Shown here in pieces: positions 10,654 to 20,045 of a DNA stretch of 64,000 nucleotides. Origin of the DNA: a virus; IMG/VR virus record IMGVR_UViG_3300050343_000218; one strand, written 5' to 3'. A model generated the notes under the pieces. That model was given only the letters and a program-made list of their open reading frames with translations, made no database searches and was not told where the DNA came from. The position numbers and the translations under genes are program-made. Every line of letters begins with the position of its first letter. Positions within the stretch are counted from its first letter, which is position 1.

Positions 10654-10668
10654 AATTAAAATAATAAA

Positions 10669-10740
10669 CTCCTGAGGCAGGATTTGAACCTGCGACCAAA
10701 CGATTAACAGTCGTCCGCTCTGCCACTGAGCTACTCAGGA
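10669..10740 (-). tRNA. trnN: tRNA-Asn (GTT), CCA not encoded
   Basis: Cloverleaf: TCCTGAG/CTCAGGA acceptor, GCTC/GAGC D stem, GACGA-CT GTT AA-TCGTT, GCAGG-TTCAAAT-CCTGC. Confidence 0.95.
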
Positions 10741-10747
10741 TTGAGAA

Positions 10748-10770
10748 GGGGGCAGTGCCCCCATATTATA
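10748..10770 (-). promoter_or_regulatory. TATAAT -10 element followed 2 nt later by a GGGGGC/GCCCCC hairpin, upstream of tRNA-Asn
   Basis: Minus strand TATAAT-AT-GGGGGC-ACT-GCCCCC. Confidence 0.5.
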
Positions 10771-11946
10771 TCAGAAGAACCTTTGTTCTGCAATGTTTTG
10801 CAGTTGAGGGCGAATCAGTGAATTAGCAGACGAAATGAACTTAACCCAACAGCTGTTGTCAGACCCGTTGAACGGAATTGCCGTCTGTTGATTCCCAGGA
10901 AATTCAAGACCTGTAGAATCTACATATGCATTATAAAGACAGACGAAACGTGCAACAGCAGGTTCCCACTTCTTATAATCAGTAGTTGCTCCAGTAATAT
11001 CCTCTTGAGTAACGTTACGTGCTTTCTTACCGTAAATAGGACGAGACTTATCACCCCAGTCACAGAAATAGTAACGTAGGCAACCTGCAAAAGAGTCGCA
11101 GCTGTTCAATTCATCAACTTTGTTGATGTACTTAGAGAAATACTTTAGGAACATTGCACCAGCAAGAGTACAACTACCACCAATTTCTTTAGAACAATCG
11201 TTCTCAGTAAACGCCTTTAAATAGCGTTCCGTTTGTCCTTGAGCGTCCTTTACCGCATTAGCGATATAGGTGTGACGAGGAGCGTGGAACGCAGCGTCAG
11301 GAAGTGTTCCAGCGATACCGATGTTAAACTTGGCGCAGAACTCATATAGAGCAACTGCTTTCGGGTCGCGAGCATAAAATGCGGACTTAAATCGGTGATC
11401 ACCAGTTTGATTGGTGCGATAGTTCGCATCAACATTGTGATCATTAGATTCGACGCGAATCATCTCTTCCACAGAGAGATCACGTGAATGGAATTTTAGT
11501 GAAATCGCAATACGGGCATCGAGATCTTGAGTAACTCCGTAGAGCATAGAAACACGATTGTTTCCTTTAGTTACAGATACAAACTTCTGTCCAGGGCGAT
11601 AAAACCCAGAAAGAGTATCAGCTGAACCATAAGAAAACCCGCCACGATTAGCGAGATGGACACGATGATTTCCGTACTTCAATTCGAGAATACGGTTGTA
11701 ATAAGGCGAACTCATAAGATCGCCAATTCGTGCTAATACAATAACAATATCGTTGTCGAAATAATTGTTTCCGCTTTCATAATCGCGGATAACATCCTCC
11801 ATTAGGGGGAGGTTTTCAGGACAACGGTCAAGTACAGTGAAATTGGAAAAATAATCCCTATCTGTACCTTTTACCTTTTGGTCGAACACATCAACGATGC
11901 GTACCAATTCATCCATACGGATGATTTCGGACATTGTAATAGACAT
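10771..11946 (-). CDS. Hypothetical protein with a divergent ParB/Srx-like N-terminal domain
   Basis: IGDLMSSPYYNR ... FVSVTKGNNR ... ESNDHNVDANYR ... RFKSAFYARDPKAVAL parallels the YQR / DGQHR / EA.F..N.R pattern. Confidence 0.45.
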   Translation of the reverse strand: MSITMSEIIRMDELVRIVDVFDQKVKGTDRDYFSNFTVLDRCPENLPLMEDVIRDYESGNNYFDNDIVIVLARIGDLMSSPYYNRILELKYGNHRVHLANRGGFSYGSADTLSGFYRPGQKFVSVTKGNNRVSMLYGVTQDLDARIAISLKFHSRDLSVEEMIRVESNDHNVDANYRTNQTGDHRFKSAFYARDPKAVALYEFCAKFNIGIAGTLPDAAFHAPRHTYIANAVKDAQGQTERYLKAFTENDCSKEIGGSCTLAGAMFLKYFSKYINKVDELNSCDSFAGCLRYYFCDWGDKSRPIYGKKARNVTQEDITGATTDYKKWEPAVARFVCLYNAYVDSTGLEFPGNQQTAIPFNGSDNSCWVKFISSANSLIRPQLQNIAEQRFF

Positions 11947-12047
11947 TTAATTTTACTCTTAGTGACGGATTCCCGTCGTGAATAGGGCTAGACAATCTAG
12001 AAGTTGAGAGTCTAGGAGCAGTTTAGAGTCATACTCGGGACTTTTAA

Positions 12048-12212
12048 TTAATGAGAGTACTCTTGCAAGTGCTTCAATACTTCACTCAAAGCGTGATGTG
12101 CGCCATCGTGCCATTGACCTGTTTTATCTTGATGTTTACCATCATACAGCTCTGTCTTGAGTTTGTAAACCTTTGCCTCAAGATCAATTTTAGACAATCT
12201 AGTACGTGGCAT
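12048..12212 (-). CDS. Small hypothetical protein (54 aa)
   Basis: Manual translation MPRTRLSKIDLEAKVYKLKTELYDGKH...QEYSH; TGATG coupling. Confidence 0.7.
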   Translation of the reverse strand: MPRTRLSKIDLEAKVYKLKTELYDGKHQDKTGQWHDGAHHALSEVLKHLQEYSH

Positions 12213-13051
12213 CAGAACCAGTCAGAAGACCACTCTTCCTTACCAGCTGCTGACTGAGGAGCTTGGGTAGTTCCCTCTAGAGGAATGCTGTTGTCATCAG
12301 GATTAGTCTGAGGAGCATTTGCCATCTGGTCTCCCATACGCTCAGTTGCTTCCTGTTCACTAACTAGATCAACGTTAAAAGAGAATGTGATACGAATTGT
12401 ACCATCAGGATTCTTATCAATTCCAGGTTGCCTATGAACAAGATGATCAAGCTGAGAAGGGAAGAGAACAACGTCACCTTCTTCAATAGAAAGTGTCATT
12501 TCCTCTTTATAGCAACCATAACCCATCATATCAGGATCAAAGAATTGCTTCGCATAACGAGGTCCTTCCGTGTACATACGGTCAGGATTTAGGAAACTAG
12601 TTCCCTTATGGACCTTTGGATCAAAGTTAATATAATAGATTCCAGACAGATGTGATGGAATATGGTTATGGGACTCTTGATTCTGCCCAGGTCCATATGC
12701 ATTGAACCACTGCTGCGAAACCATAAAAGCGTGAGGATAAAACTCCGCAAGCTTGATAGATTCTTGAATATTGATTGAAAGATCTTGCAGAAGACCTTGA
12801 ATGTCGATTTCTGTTTCTTGAGTATGGTCTTGTAGACTATTATCGAAGAAAGTGGTGTAGCAATCACACTCCCAGCAAGCAGGACCGTCATCAACGTTGC
12901 TATTAGACTTAATAGCGTTCCAACGTTCTTGAATAACAGGCTCAATCAGGTTCTTCCATTTCTCGTGCGTTTGAAGTCGTCCACGATATACGAACTTTGG
13001 AAAAACTGAAAACAGACCATACTGGTCTTGCTTGTTTGTTTGTTGTGCCAT
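12212..13051 (-). CDS. 2OG-Fe(II) oxygenase (TIGR02466-like)
   Basis: WFN..HNH..SGIYY..VLFPSQLDH..RITFSFN. Confidence 0.85.
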   Translation of the reverse strand: MAQQTNKQDQYGLFSVFPKFVYRGRLQTHEKWKNLIEPVIQERWNAIKSNSNVDDGPACWECDCYTTFFDNSLQDHTQETEIDIQGLLQDLSINIQESIKLAEFYPHAFMVSQQWFNAYGPGQNQESHNHIPSHLSGIYYINFDPKVHKGTSFLNPDRMYTEGPRYAKQFFDPDMMGYGCYKEEMTLSIEEGDVVLFPSQLDHLVHRQPGIDKNPDGTIRITFSFNVDLVSEQEATERMGDQMANAPQTNPDDNSIPLEGTTQAPQSAAGKEEWSSDWF

Positions 13052-13083
13052 AACGAAGTTATTACGGAGAAGTGTTCTAGACG

Positions 13084-13090
13084 TATTTAT
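13084..13090 (-). promoter_or_regulatory. Late promoter (ATAAATA)
   Basis: ATAAATA 33 nt upstream of the oxygenase ATG. Confidence 0.55.
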
Positions 13091-13150
13091 TGTACAGTAT
13101 GTGGGCGGTTTTTACAACCACCCTGTGTGAATAAAATCACAAAACCCTAT

Positions 13151-13190
13151 GGGTCAAAAAAATGTCGGAGTTTTTTTTCCGACTTTCTGG
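13151..13190. repeat. Intergenic element copy A (GGGT-A-tract-CGG-T-tract-CCGA-TTCTGG)
   Basis: Aligns with 18434-18472. Confidence 0.6.
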
Positions 13191-13200
13191 TAACTGGAAG

Positions 13201-13410
13201 TCAATTTTCCACAGCTTCGAGAAAATCTGTAGGTTCACAGTAGACCATATAATCCTCGCCTTCGCTCTTGCACATCTGCATCAACCTCAGGAACGCTTCG
13301 TAATCATCAGAGCAATCAAGGGTCTTAAACTCACCTTCATCTGACACAAGGTGGATGGCACGGGTTTGCACATCAACGATGATCTTGTCAACGACTGAGT
13401 TGTCAGGCAT
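13201..13410 (-). CDS. Hypothetical protein
   Basis: ORF with its own TGCTATAAT promoter (13433-13441). Confidence 0.65.
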   Translation of the reverse strand: MPDNSVVDKIIVDVQTRAIHLVSDEGEFKTLDCSDDYEAFLRLMQMCKSEGEDYMVYCEPTDFLEAVEN

Positions 13411-13454
13411 AGGTCTTTGTTAGTACTCCGTTATTATAGCAGAGTATAGAGGGG

Positions 13455-14369
13455 TTAGTTCAGGAAGATGGACGCTCCAGCAATTGTCACATTAGCTGTG
13501 GCAGTGATGGTGGCGTTCACACCTGCAGCTATTGTAGCAGATCCTGCCGCTGCTGTCATCACATTGTTACCAGCGACAACGTTTGTGATCTTATTGCCCA
13601 CGACCACAGAGCATATGTCGTTACCCGTCATAATCTTCTCTACCCTACCAGCACCACCAGAAGCACCGATGATCAGGGTCTTAGCAGGAGCACCAGGAGG
13701 AATGCTAGGCAGAGGAGGGATAGGTGGGATGCCAATGATCTTCTCAGACTCTCGACCACCCACAACCTTCTCGTGGTCACCTTTAATCACAGTGACCATA
13801 TGCCCTAAACTGAGCAGAGAGAACGTACCTCTAGGATCAGTCATCGCGATGGTTCTCTCACCAAAGATCTTATCCTCTTGAGGACCAGTAACTGTAGTGT
13901 CTGTCATATCAGCCAAACTAGTCTCCTTAGGTGCTGATCTAACAATTTTAGATTTACTATTCAAGGCGAGTGCTTGATCAGCAGTAAGCGTAAGGTTTTT
14001 GCCAGCATTAATATTGAAATTGCCCTCTGCTCTGATATTGATGTCCTTATAACACTGAATATCAATGTCATTATCAGCTTCTACCTTTGTTTTACCTGCA
14101 ACTTCAATAATTGCATCATTTCCCAATTTAATTGCGGCATCACCTTCACAGTGAACAACTAGCATCCCTCCCTTTTGATTTGTCGAAGGAGACTTAACTG
14201 CTTTGATGCAAACAGCTCCATCATCGCGTAACCATAAGTGATGCCCTGCTCGGTGCATCATAAGCATATATGGTTTGTCTTCTGAATCGCAGACCTGCCA
14301 TATGTGACCAGATCTGCTGATTGTAGAAGTTGTTGTAGGTTCTGTTGGTTTGCTTTTCGATGATGACAT
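13455..14369 (-). CDS. gp5 C-terminal-like baseplate spike beta-helix protein
   Basis: HRAGHHLWLRDDG.. followed by VAG/AEG/AGK-type beta-helix repeats; TAATG-coupled to the gp5 N-terminal gene. Confidence 0.7.
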   Translation of the reverse strand: MSSSKSKPTEPTTTSTISRSGHIWQVCDSEDKPYMLMMHRAGHHLWLRDDGAVCIKAVKSPSTNQKGGMLVVHCEGDAAIKLGNDAIIEVAGKTKVEADNDIDIQCYKDINIRAEGNFNINAGKNLTLTADQALALNSKSKIVRSAPKETSLADMTDTTVTGPQEDKIFGERTIAMTDPRGTFSLLSLGHMVTVIKGDHEKVVGGRESEKIIGIPPIPPLPSIPPGAPAKTLIIGASGGAGRVEKIMTGNDICSVVVGNKITNVVAGNNVMTAAAGSATIAAGVNATITATANVTIAGASIFLN

Positions 14370-17300
14370 TAGGGACAATCCACATAGTTGGCAGGATCTT
14401 TGGCGAGACCTTGCAGAATAAGTTCGGAACGATCTTCAGGAACACATTGAAGATCTGCTTTGGCACGGGCACCAAACCCGTCTCCTCCAGTAATTATAAC
14501 CTCAGGAATCTCAACATATTGCATACCTCCCTTGATTAAAACAATATTATCAACAAATCCCTCTGAACTGAGAGATGCTTTGGCAATAGAGCTATCACCA
14601 TTTACATAAACTGTCGGTGCTTTCGTATACAATCCACCTACATTCTGCAAAGAGAATCCAACTAGTTGGCAAATAATACCACCAGGAATTAAATTGCCAG
14701 TGTAACCTTGACCACCTCTAATAACTCTAACTCGGGTAAGATATCCCTGACTATTCAAAATAGGTTCAACGAATCCACCAAAACCTGTGTTACTTTCAAG
14801 AGATATAAAAGGTAAAGCAGTATATCTAAATCCAGGTTTAGTTACAGGGATGTCAACGATTCCACCGTCGTTGTTGATTATAGGAGTGCCAAACTCAGGT
14901 GTCCCGTCACCAAAACCATCATCATCGTCACCAAAACCATCATCATCATCATCACCGCCGCCAGTACTAGTATCGGTATCGGCATCCTCACTAGCCATAA
15001 GAACAGCTGTTGCACTAGCACCAAACTCATCGATAGAAAATGTAAGATTCTCTGGAACGTCAGCAAATCGATCAGGGCGAACCGTAATTGTAAATTTCGC
15101 TTCACCATCTTCAAAACAAACTACTCCAGTTAGAGGTTGAACGATATCCTCTGGAGTAATGCCAGCACCAAATATAGTATAAGGAAGACAAAGCCCATCA
15201 TCAATGGTGCCGATGATTGTAACGACAGCCTCGCAACCAGGTTCAGAGCAAATTTCTGGAGGATCAATTGTGATATCGGTAATCACCCCTGTTGGCTCAG
15301 GTACCGATGATTCTCCAGATGGATCCTCAACCAGACACGAAGCAGATATACCCAATCCATTTAGTTGAACGATAACTTGTTCTTGAACCTCAGAATCTGA
15401 TTCATCTACATCGTCTTGACGCAATTTAATTTCAACAAAATCAGACCCATCTTCAGCAACTGTGAATGTTCCTGCCAAATCAGCAGCAGAATTCACCATT
15501 TGTATTGGACCACCGCTTTGCTTAATCCATTCAATGTCTCCAAAAGTAATACCAGTCTCAGCTCTACCAATTGTATAGTTAACTGTCGATCCCGTATCCA
15601 CATTAACAGTATTCATTGTAAAGACAACCGTTTCTCCTTCGTTTACTTTCGATTTATCAGCTGATAAAGTATAGAAAGAGTTGTTATCAGGCAACAATGG
15701 AGGTACTATAGGAGGAAGGAAAGGTGGAGTAGTTGGTGGTACTTCTGGTAATGTTGGTGGTGGATTTGTGGGAGGTGGGCAAACTAAAACAATACCAGTT
15801 TTCTTTCTGACTTTTCCACAACCATCATTAAGTTTCATTTTCACATAGAAGTACTTACATTCCTTCTCTTTCTCCTTCAGAGTTCTAGTTTCTCCAGGTC
15901 TTCTAAAACCACCGCCAGAACTTTTATCTTTAGTTGCAAATACAATTAAAGCTTTTCCTGACTGACTAAACTTAGCTTCGCCTCCTTTCACACTAAGGAT
16001 TCTGATGCGTGCGTTTTTATCTTTACGATCATCACCTCTATCATCCTTAAGCCAAATTTGACTCTGCTTTAACTTTACCTTGATAGGTTTGTTAGTAGGA
16101 TTTAAGTTCTCATAAGAGATAAGATAACGTCTTCTACCCTTTCTACCCTCTCCAAAAGGAGCTTGAAGTTTTACTTTTTTGATAACACTATTTTCTTCTC
16201 TAGTGTTTCTATAGATCTGACCTTCGCCATCTTTACCAGTTCTTTTCTTTCGCCTCCAAGTTTTGTTACCAACACTAAATGAATCTAAAGCAACTCCGTG
16301 TTTTTCAGCATCATCATCAGTCCACATCTCAATCTCTACGGTAACTTCACCAGTAGTTTTGTTGCGACTTGAATTATTAATAGTTCGGATAGGAATTACT
16401 TTGCTACGATCACCCCGACCAAACCCCATAAATCCAGAGGTAGCACAATAGTCTTCACCAGCTTTTGCAGTACCATCAGCCGTGTAAAAAGTAACTGCAG
16501 ATGAAGTAGTCAAATCACCTGATCTAAAGATAGGCATATTTGCAGTTTGACCACCGAAAATGTTAATATCACCTGCTCTAAAGAAGCGACGGAAACAACG
16601 TGCTTTTCTTTTACCCCTACGGCGAACACCTGTAGGAGTTTTACCTCTCTTATCAGAGTCGAAAGGAAATTTTTCTTTCTTGCCAGTTTTTTTATTTTTC
16701 TTTCTTCTTCTTCTCCTCCTCCTATCATTATTGTTAGGATCGTCATCATCATCTAGATCATTGATGTCATCAAAACTACCTTCTCCTATTTCATCGGGGA
16801 CTTGTATTCCCCAAATATTCACATCAGTTTGTGGTGCAGGAGCAACCGTTGCAGCATCACAAACACCATCGATCGGGAACTGATCACCATCTTGTAACGA
16901 TGCGAGAAGTTCATCCAGATCATTGTATCCAGCTTTGAGTCCCGCGAATGTACCAGACTTAGTAGATCTCTTGGGAGGTCCGTCAGAACAAGAAGCAATA
17001 CCTGTGCAAGAGATGCCCAGGAGTTCCATCACTGCACTGATTGCACCACCAACTACATCACCAATCGAACCAATAGCACCAAGGACAGATGAAATACTAC
17101 CAAAGATGTCGTCAATAACACCTGTGATTTCCTGCATTACTTTGCCGAGCAGTCCATCAACTAGACGCTTTGTCTGACAAGCAGCCCAGTTAACAACACT
17201 ACCAATGTAACCCATCAAAGTTTCTTCGATGAAGTCTTCCATCCTTTCAAAGATGTCAGTCATCGAACAACCCATTCTTTCTAGGGCCTCAGTAAACCAA

Positions 17301-18181
17301 TCAACAACTTGCTTTAAACAACCAGGAAGAGGTTGAAGAACTGCCTTGATTAATTTTTGAATAACTTCCTTCAGTTTTGCCATCAGCATACCGAAAGATC
17401 TAGAGATGACAGCTTCTATAATTGTCTGTATTCTAGTAATGTATCCTTTAGCAATCGTCTGAAGGTCAAATAGTTCACCAGTATACTTACTAACATAGTA
17501 AGAACCAATGTTGCCATTAGTAGACTGAACTGCACCAAAAAATTCAGCTAAAACTATCTCAGTCTTGGTTGCTGGATTAGTTGCGCACTTACCATCAGCT
17601 ACAGCAACATCAACAGCACCCTGTGGATTACCACCAGGAGAATATGCTTCTACCAGACCAGCAATCTTTCTATTGACATCATCATCTCCATAAGCACCAA
17701 TAGGTTTAGTGCCAAAGTTTTTATTCTTTTCTTTTTGATCGTCAGTAACGTGAGATGTTGGATCGGGAAGATCGCCTGTCCTACTATCCTGCGAAATATA
17801 TCTTTGTAGAGGTGCGTATCCAGCTTCTGGTCTCTTTGCACTGGCATTAGCAACAGCACCTTGTGAACCTACGACTAATCTCTGACGTGAATCACCATTA
17901 ATAAAGAAGCACCAAACAATGTCCCCTTTTCTAATGTTGTGACTAGAACAACTAGTGGCAGTACCACCAGATGCATTACTAGGCATCAAAACAGCTGCCC
18001 AAGGAAGATCCTGCGTGGCAGGGACAGGAATAAATTCTCCAGATTGACCAGTACGAAACTCTTTATTAATGATTCGTACTTTGACTCGACCTGAAGCTTT
18101 AGGGTCCTTTACATCCTCAATAAAACCTTTTTGCATTCCAAAAAGGTCTCTCATTCCAGCAGCGTTGTGAGAGTTATCCAA
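14369..18181 (-). CDS. gp5: gp5-like baseplate hub protein (OB-fold N-terminus, Calx-beta-like and Ig-like accessory domains, no lysozyme motif seen)
   Basis: GFIEDVKDP..GRVKVRI..DLPWAAVLMP..GDIVWCFF..VVGS OB-fold; TADGTAKAGEDY Calx-beta motif. Confidence 0.75.
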   Translation of the reverse strand: MDNSHNAAGMRDLFGMQKGFIEDVKDPKASGRVKVRIINKEFRTGQSGEFIPVPATQDLPWAAVLMPSNASGGTATSCSSHNIRKGDIVWCFFINGDSRQRLVVGSQGAVANASAKRPEAGYAPLQRYISQDSRTGDLPDPTSHVTDDQKEKNKNFGTKPIGAYGDDDVNRKIAGLVEAYSPGGNPQGAVDVAVADGKCATNPATKTEIVLAEFFGAVQSTNGNIGSYYVSKYTGELFDLQTIAKGYITRIQTIIEAVISRSFGMLMAKLKEVIQKLIKAVLQPLPGCLKQVVDWFTEALERMGCSMTDIFERMEDFIEETLMGYIGSVVNWAACQTKRLVDGLLGKVMQEITGVIDDIFGSISSVLGAIGSIGDVVGGAISAVMELLGISCTGIASCSDGPPKRSTKSGTFAGLKAGYNDLDELLASLQDGDQFPIDGVCDAATVAPAPQTDVNIWGIQVPDEIGEGSFDDINDLDDDDDPNNNDRRRRRRRKKNKKTGKKEKFPFDSDKRGKTPTGVRRRGKRKARCFRRFFRAGDINIFGGQTANMPIFRSGDLTTSSAVTFYTADGTAKAGEDYCATSGFMGFGRGDRSKVIPIRTINNSSRNKTTGEVTVEIEMWTDDDAEKHGVALDSFSVGNKTWRRKKRTGKDGEGQIYRNTREENSVIKKVKLQAPFGEGRKGRRRYLISYENLNPTNKPIKVKLKQSQIWLKDDRGDDRKDKNARIRILSVKGGEAKFSQSGKALIVFATKDKSSGGGFRRPGETRTLKEKEKECKYFYVKMKLNDGCGKVRKKTGIVLVCPPPTNPPPTLPEVPPTTPPFLPPIVPPLLPDNNSFYTLSADKSKVNEGETVVFTMNTVNVDTGSTVNYTIGRAETGITFGDIEWIKQSGGPIQMVNSAADLAGTFTVAEDGSDFVEIKLRQDDVDESDSEVQEQVIVQLNGLGISASCLVEDPSGESSVPEPTGVITDITIDPPEICSEPGCEAVVTIIGTIDDGLCLPYTIFGAGITPEDIVQPLTGVVCFEDGEAKFTITVRPDRFADVPENLTFSIDEFGASATAVLMASEDADTDTSTGGGDDDDDGFGDDDDGFGDGTPEFGTPIINNDGGIVDIPVTKPGFRYTALPFISLESNTGFGGFVEPILNSQGYLTRVRVIRGGQGYTGNLIPGGIICQLVGFSLQNVGGLYTKAPTVYVNGDSSIAKASLSSEGFVDNIVLIKGGMQYVEIPEVIITGGDGFGARAKADLQCVPEDRSELILQGLAKDPANYVDCP
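14906..14947. repeat. Perfect 21-nt tandem duplication encoding DDDDGFG x2
   Basis: gtcaccaaaaccatcatcatc occurs twice in direct tandem. Confidence 0.9.
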
Positions 18182-18183
18182 TA

Positions 18184-18411
18184 TTAGTCCTCGTAAATTC
18201 TACATTCGTCTGCTTCTGGTTCCATCTCACAGTATAGTTCCAGAGGAGTGGGATCGTGATGATCTCCTGCTTCAATCTCTGCTTTATGGTTAGTAGCATA
18301 GACTTCTAGCTCTTTCAATTCACCTTCAATGTGACGACGTTGCTGTGGAGATGTAGATGCATTGTCTAGGATCTCTTTGTCTTTTGCGATGTGCTTTTCG
18401 ATGCTTTCCAT
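18184..18411 (-). CDS. cp12: CP12 Calvin-cycle regulator (phage type)
   Basis: C-terminal DPTPLELYCEMEPEADECRIYED. Confidence 0.9.
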   Translation of the reverse strand: MESIEKHIAKDKEILDNASTSPQQRRHIEGELKELEVYATNHKAEIEAGDHHDPTPLELYCEMEPEADECRIYED

Positions 18412-18433
18412 TGTTTGGGAAGAAAACTTAAAG

Positions 18434-18472
18434 GGGTAAAATTTTGGCGGGACTTTTTTTCCGAAATTCTGG
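18434..18472. repeat. Intergenic element copy B
   Basis: Aligns with 13151-13190. Confidence 0.6.
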
Positions 18473-18477
18473 TGTAT

Positions 18478-18702
18478 TTATTCCGAAATTGCCACGTTTT
18501 CGATGACTTCTACAACTTCTGTGTCATCATCAGAGTTTTCGATGTTCTTTTTCAGAGCCTCAAGTCCTAAGGCAAGTTGTCCATACAGTTTAGCAAGTAC
18601 AACTTCATCCTTCTCTTCAGATAGTTTATCGAGGATCGCGCTGAGTCCACGAGTCATATGAGAAGGGTATTGATCTAGAAATTCTTTGTTCATTGTTAAC
18701 AA
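18478..18702 (-). CDS. Hypothetical protein
   Basis: ORF track. Confidence 0.55.
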   Translation of the reverse strand: MLTMNKEFLDQYPSHMTRGLSAILDKLSEEKDEVVLAKLYGQLALGLEALKKNIENSDDDTEVVEVIENVAISE

Positions 18703-20045
18703 TTTTTGTTCATAGAATCCTTAACGAGTGTCATAGAAGTGAAGCATTCGCGAGGTGTCATACTATATCTATGCGCCAATCTAAAGACTAGATATGCGCC
18801 ACTCCTACGAAGGTCTTCATCGTCAGCATCCTTAGCGTGATCAGGTTTAGAAGACTGGATGTGCAATTTAATTTTTTGTCCAGCTCTAAGTTCTGAATTG
18901 CCAGGTACGACAACGTTAGTTACATTCATTGCCATAGTAGCACGACGTGCGTTGTATTGGCAAATTGTATACGGACCCCAGTCAGGGTACTCTGTTTCTA
19001 CATCACTACCATCTCTTCCAACAGTATCTCCTGCAGCTTCTTCTTCATCAAAGAACGCTTCATTAGTTGTGTCAATTTTAAATGTTTTAACTGCTTGAGT
19101 ATTATTAGATGTAGAAGTTTGATAGTCCTCCAACCACTGCAACATCCAGATAGGAAATCTGTCTTGTGTACCTATGTGTCCCCATTGTTTCCAATGTTCT
19201 TTTAGGTTCCACCTTTCTTCTTTAAATTCTTGGGTGTCCGTGTTGGTTACTGCCATTATAGCAGAGAAGACTCCTTTGTCTGCCATTGCTTTGAGATCAC
19301 CATCTCTTTGCACATTATAGTTATTGATAATCAAATGAGCTGGAATTTGATTGGTGTTTGCAGGTGACTGATAGTATTCCCAATGGGGTTTGACACCATC
19401 AAACGCATCGTCTCCTGTAGACAACAGATAATCAATGGAAGCAAAGTTATATCCATCTCTCGTTCCCCAAAGAAAATATCCACAAGTATTAGCTTGCTCA
19501 CCTGCTTTAGGAATCGATTGAGTGCATACTCTCCTCGCCATCTTATCAAGCGAGATACCTTCGCCAGCGATGTGTAGCTTATTAAATGGTGCGGAACCAC
19601 GTAATTGCACCCTACTACTCATCGATGCATCTTGAAATGCTGTGGCAATTACAATATCTCCTGTTCCCTTATAGGTATTCATTGCCTTATAGGTGGAGAA
19701 AGACTTACTATCTTTTTTGATCAGGTTAATTGTAGTAAGCTTACCTTTAAAGTCAACGAAAGGAGTGGAATTTGATCCAACAACAAACTCATACTCAACT
19801 TCTTTACCAGAGGTTTGATCTGTCTCTAGAGTGATGACAAACTCTTCTCCTCCTGCCAAAGGTAAGTCAGTTGATCCTAGATCATTAAGGACTGCCACTG
19901 CAGTAGGACAGATCCTTTCTAAGTCTTCGTAGTAAGTGAACGATGCTAGGTTAGGGGTAAGATTGATAATTGCACCCGAGGTCATTGTTAATTTAATACC
20001 AATTAACTTCCAGCCAATTTGAGCATCAGAAGAAGGTGCAGCCAT
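18696..20045 (-). CDS. Baseplate hub protein (gp27-like)
   Basis: Position after gp26/gp51/tape measure; VVPGNSELRAGQKIKL..SGAYLVFRLAHRY hub-type C-terminus. Confidence 0.65.
   Translation of the reverse strand: MAAPSSDAQIGWKLIGIKLTMTSGAIINLTPNLASFTYYEDLERICPTAVAVLNDLGSTDLPLAGGEEFVITLETDQTSGKEVEYEFVVGSNSTPFVDFKGKLTTINLIKKDSKSFSTYKAMNTYKGTGDIVIATAFQDASMSSRVQLRGSAPFNKLHIAGEGISLDKMARRVCTQSIPKAGEQANTCGYFLWGTRDGYNFASIDYLLSTGDDAFDGVKPHWEYYQSPANTNQIPAHLIINNYNVQRDGDLKAMADKGVFSAIMAVTNTDTQEFKEERWNLKEHWKQWGHIGTQDRFPIWMLQWLEDYQTSTSNNTQAVKTFKIDTTNEAFFDEEEAAGDTVGRDGSDVETEYPDWGPYTICQYNARRATMAMNVTNVVVPGNSELRAGQKIKLHIQSSKPDHAKDADDEDLRRSGAYLVFRLAHRYSMTPRECFTSMTLVKDSMNKNC

Noticed and set aside
10669-10770. 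Integration or att site at tRNA-Asn
   Set aside because: No duplicated tRNA 3' end and no integrase in the window; the genome context is a lytic T4-like phage.
14906-14947. 21-nt tandem repeat as a CRISPR-like or phase-variable element
   Set aside because: Only two in-frame copies with no spacer, inside an acidic linker.
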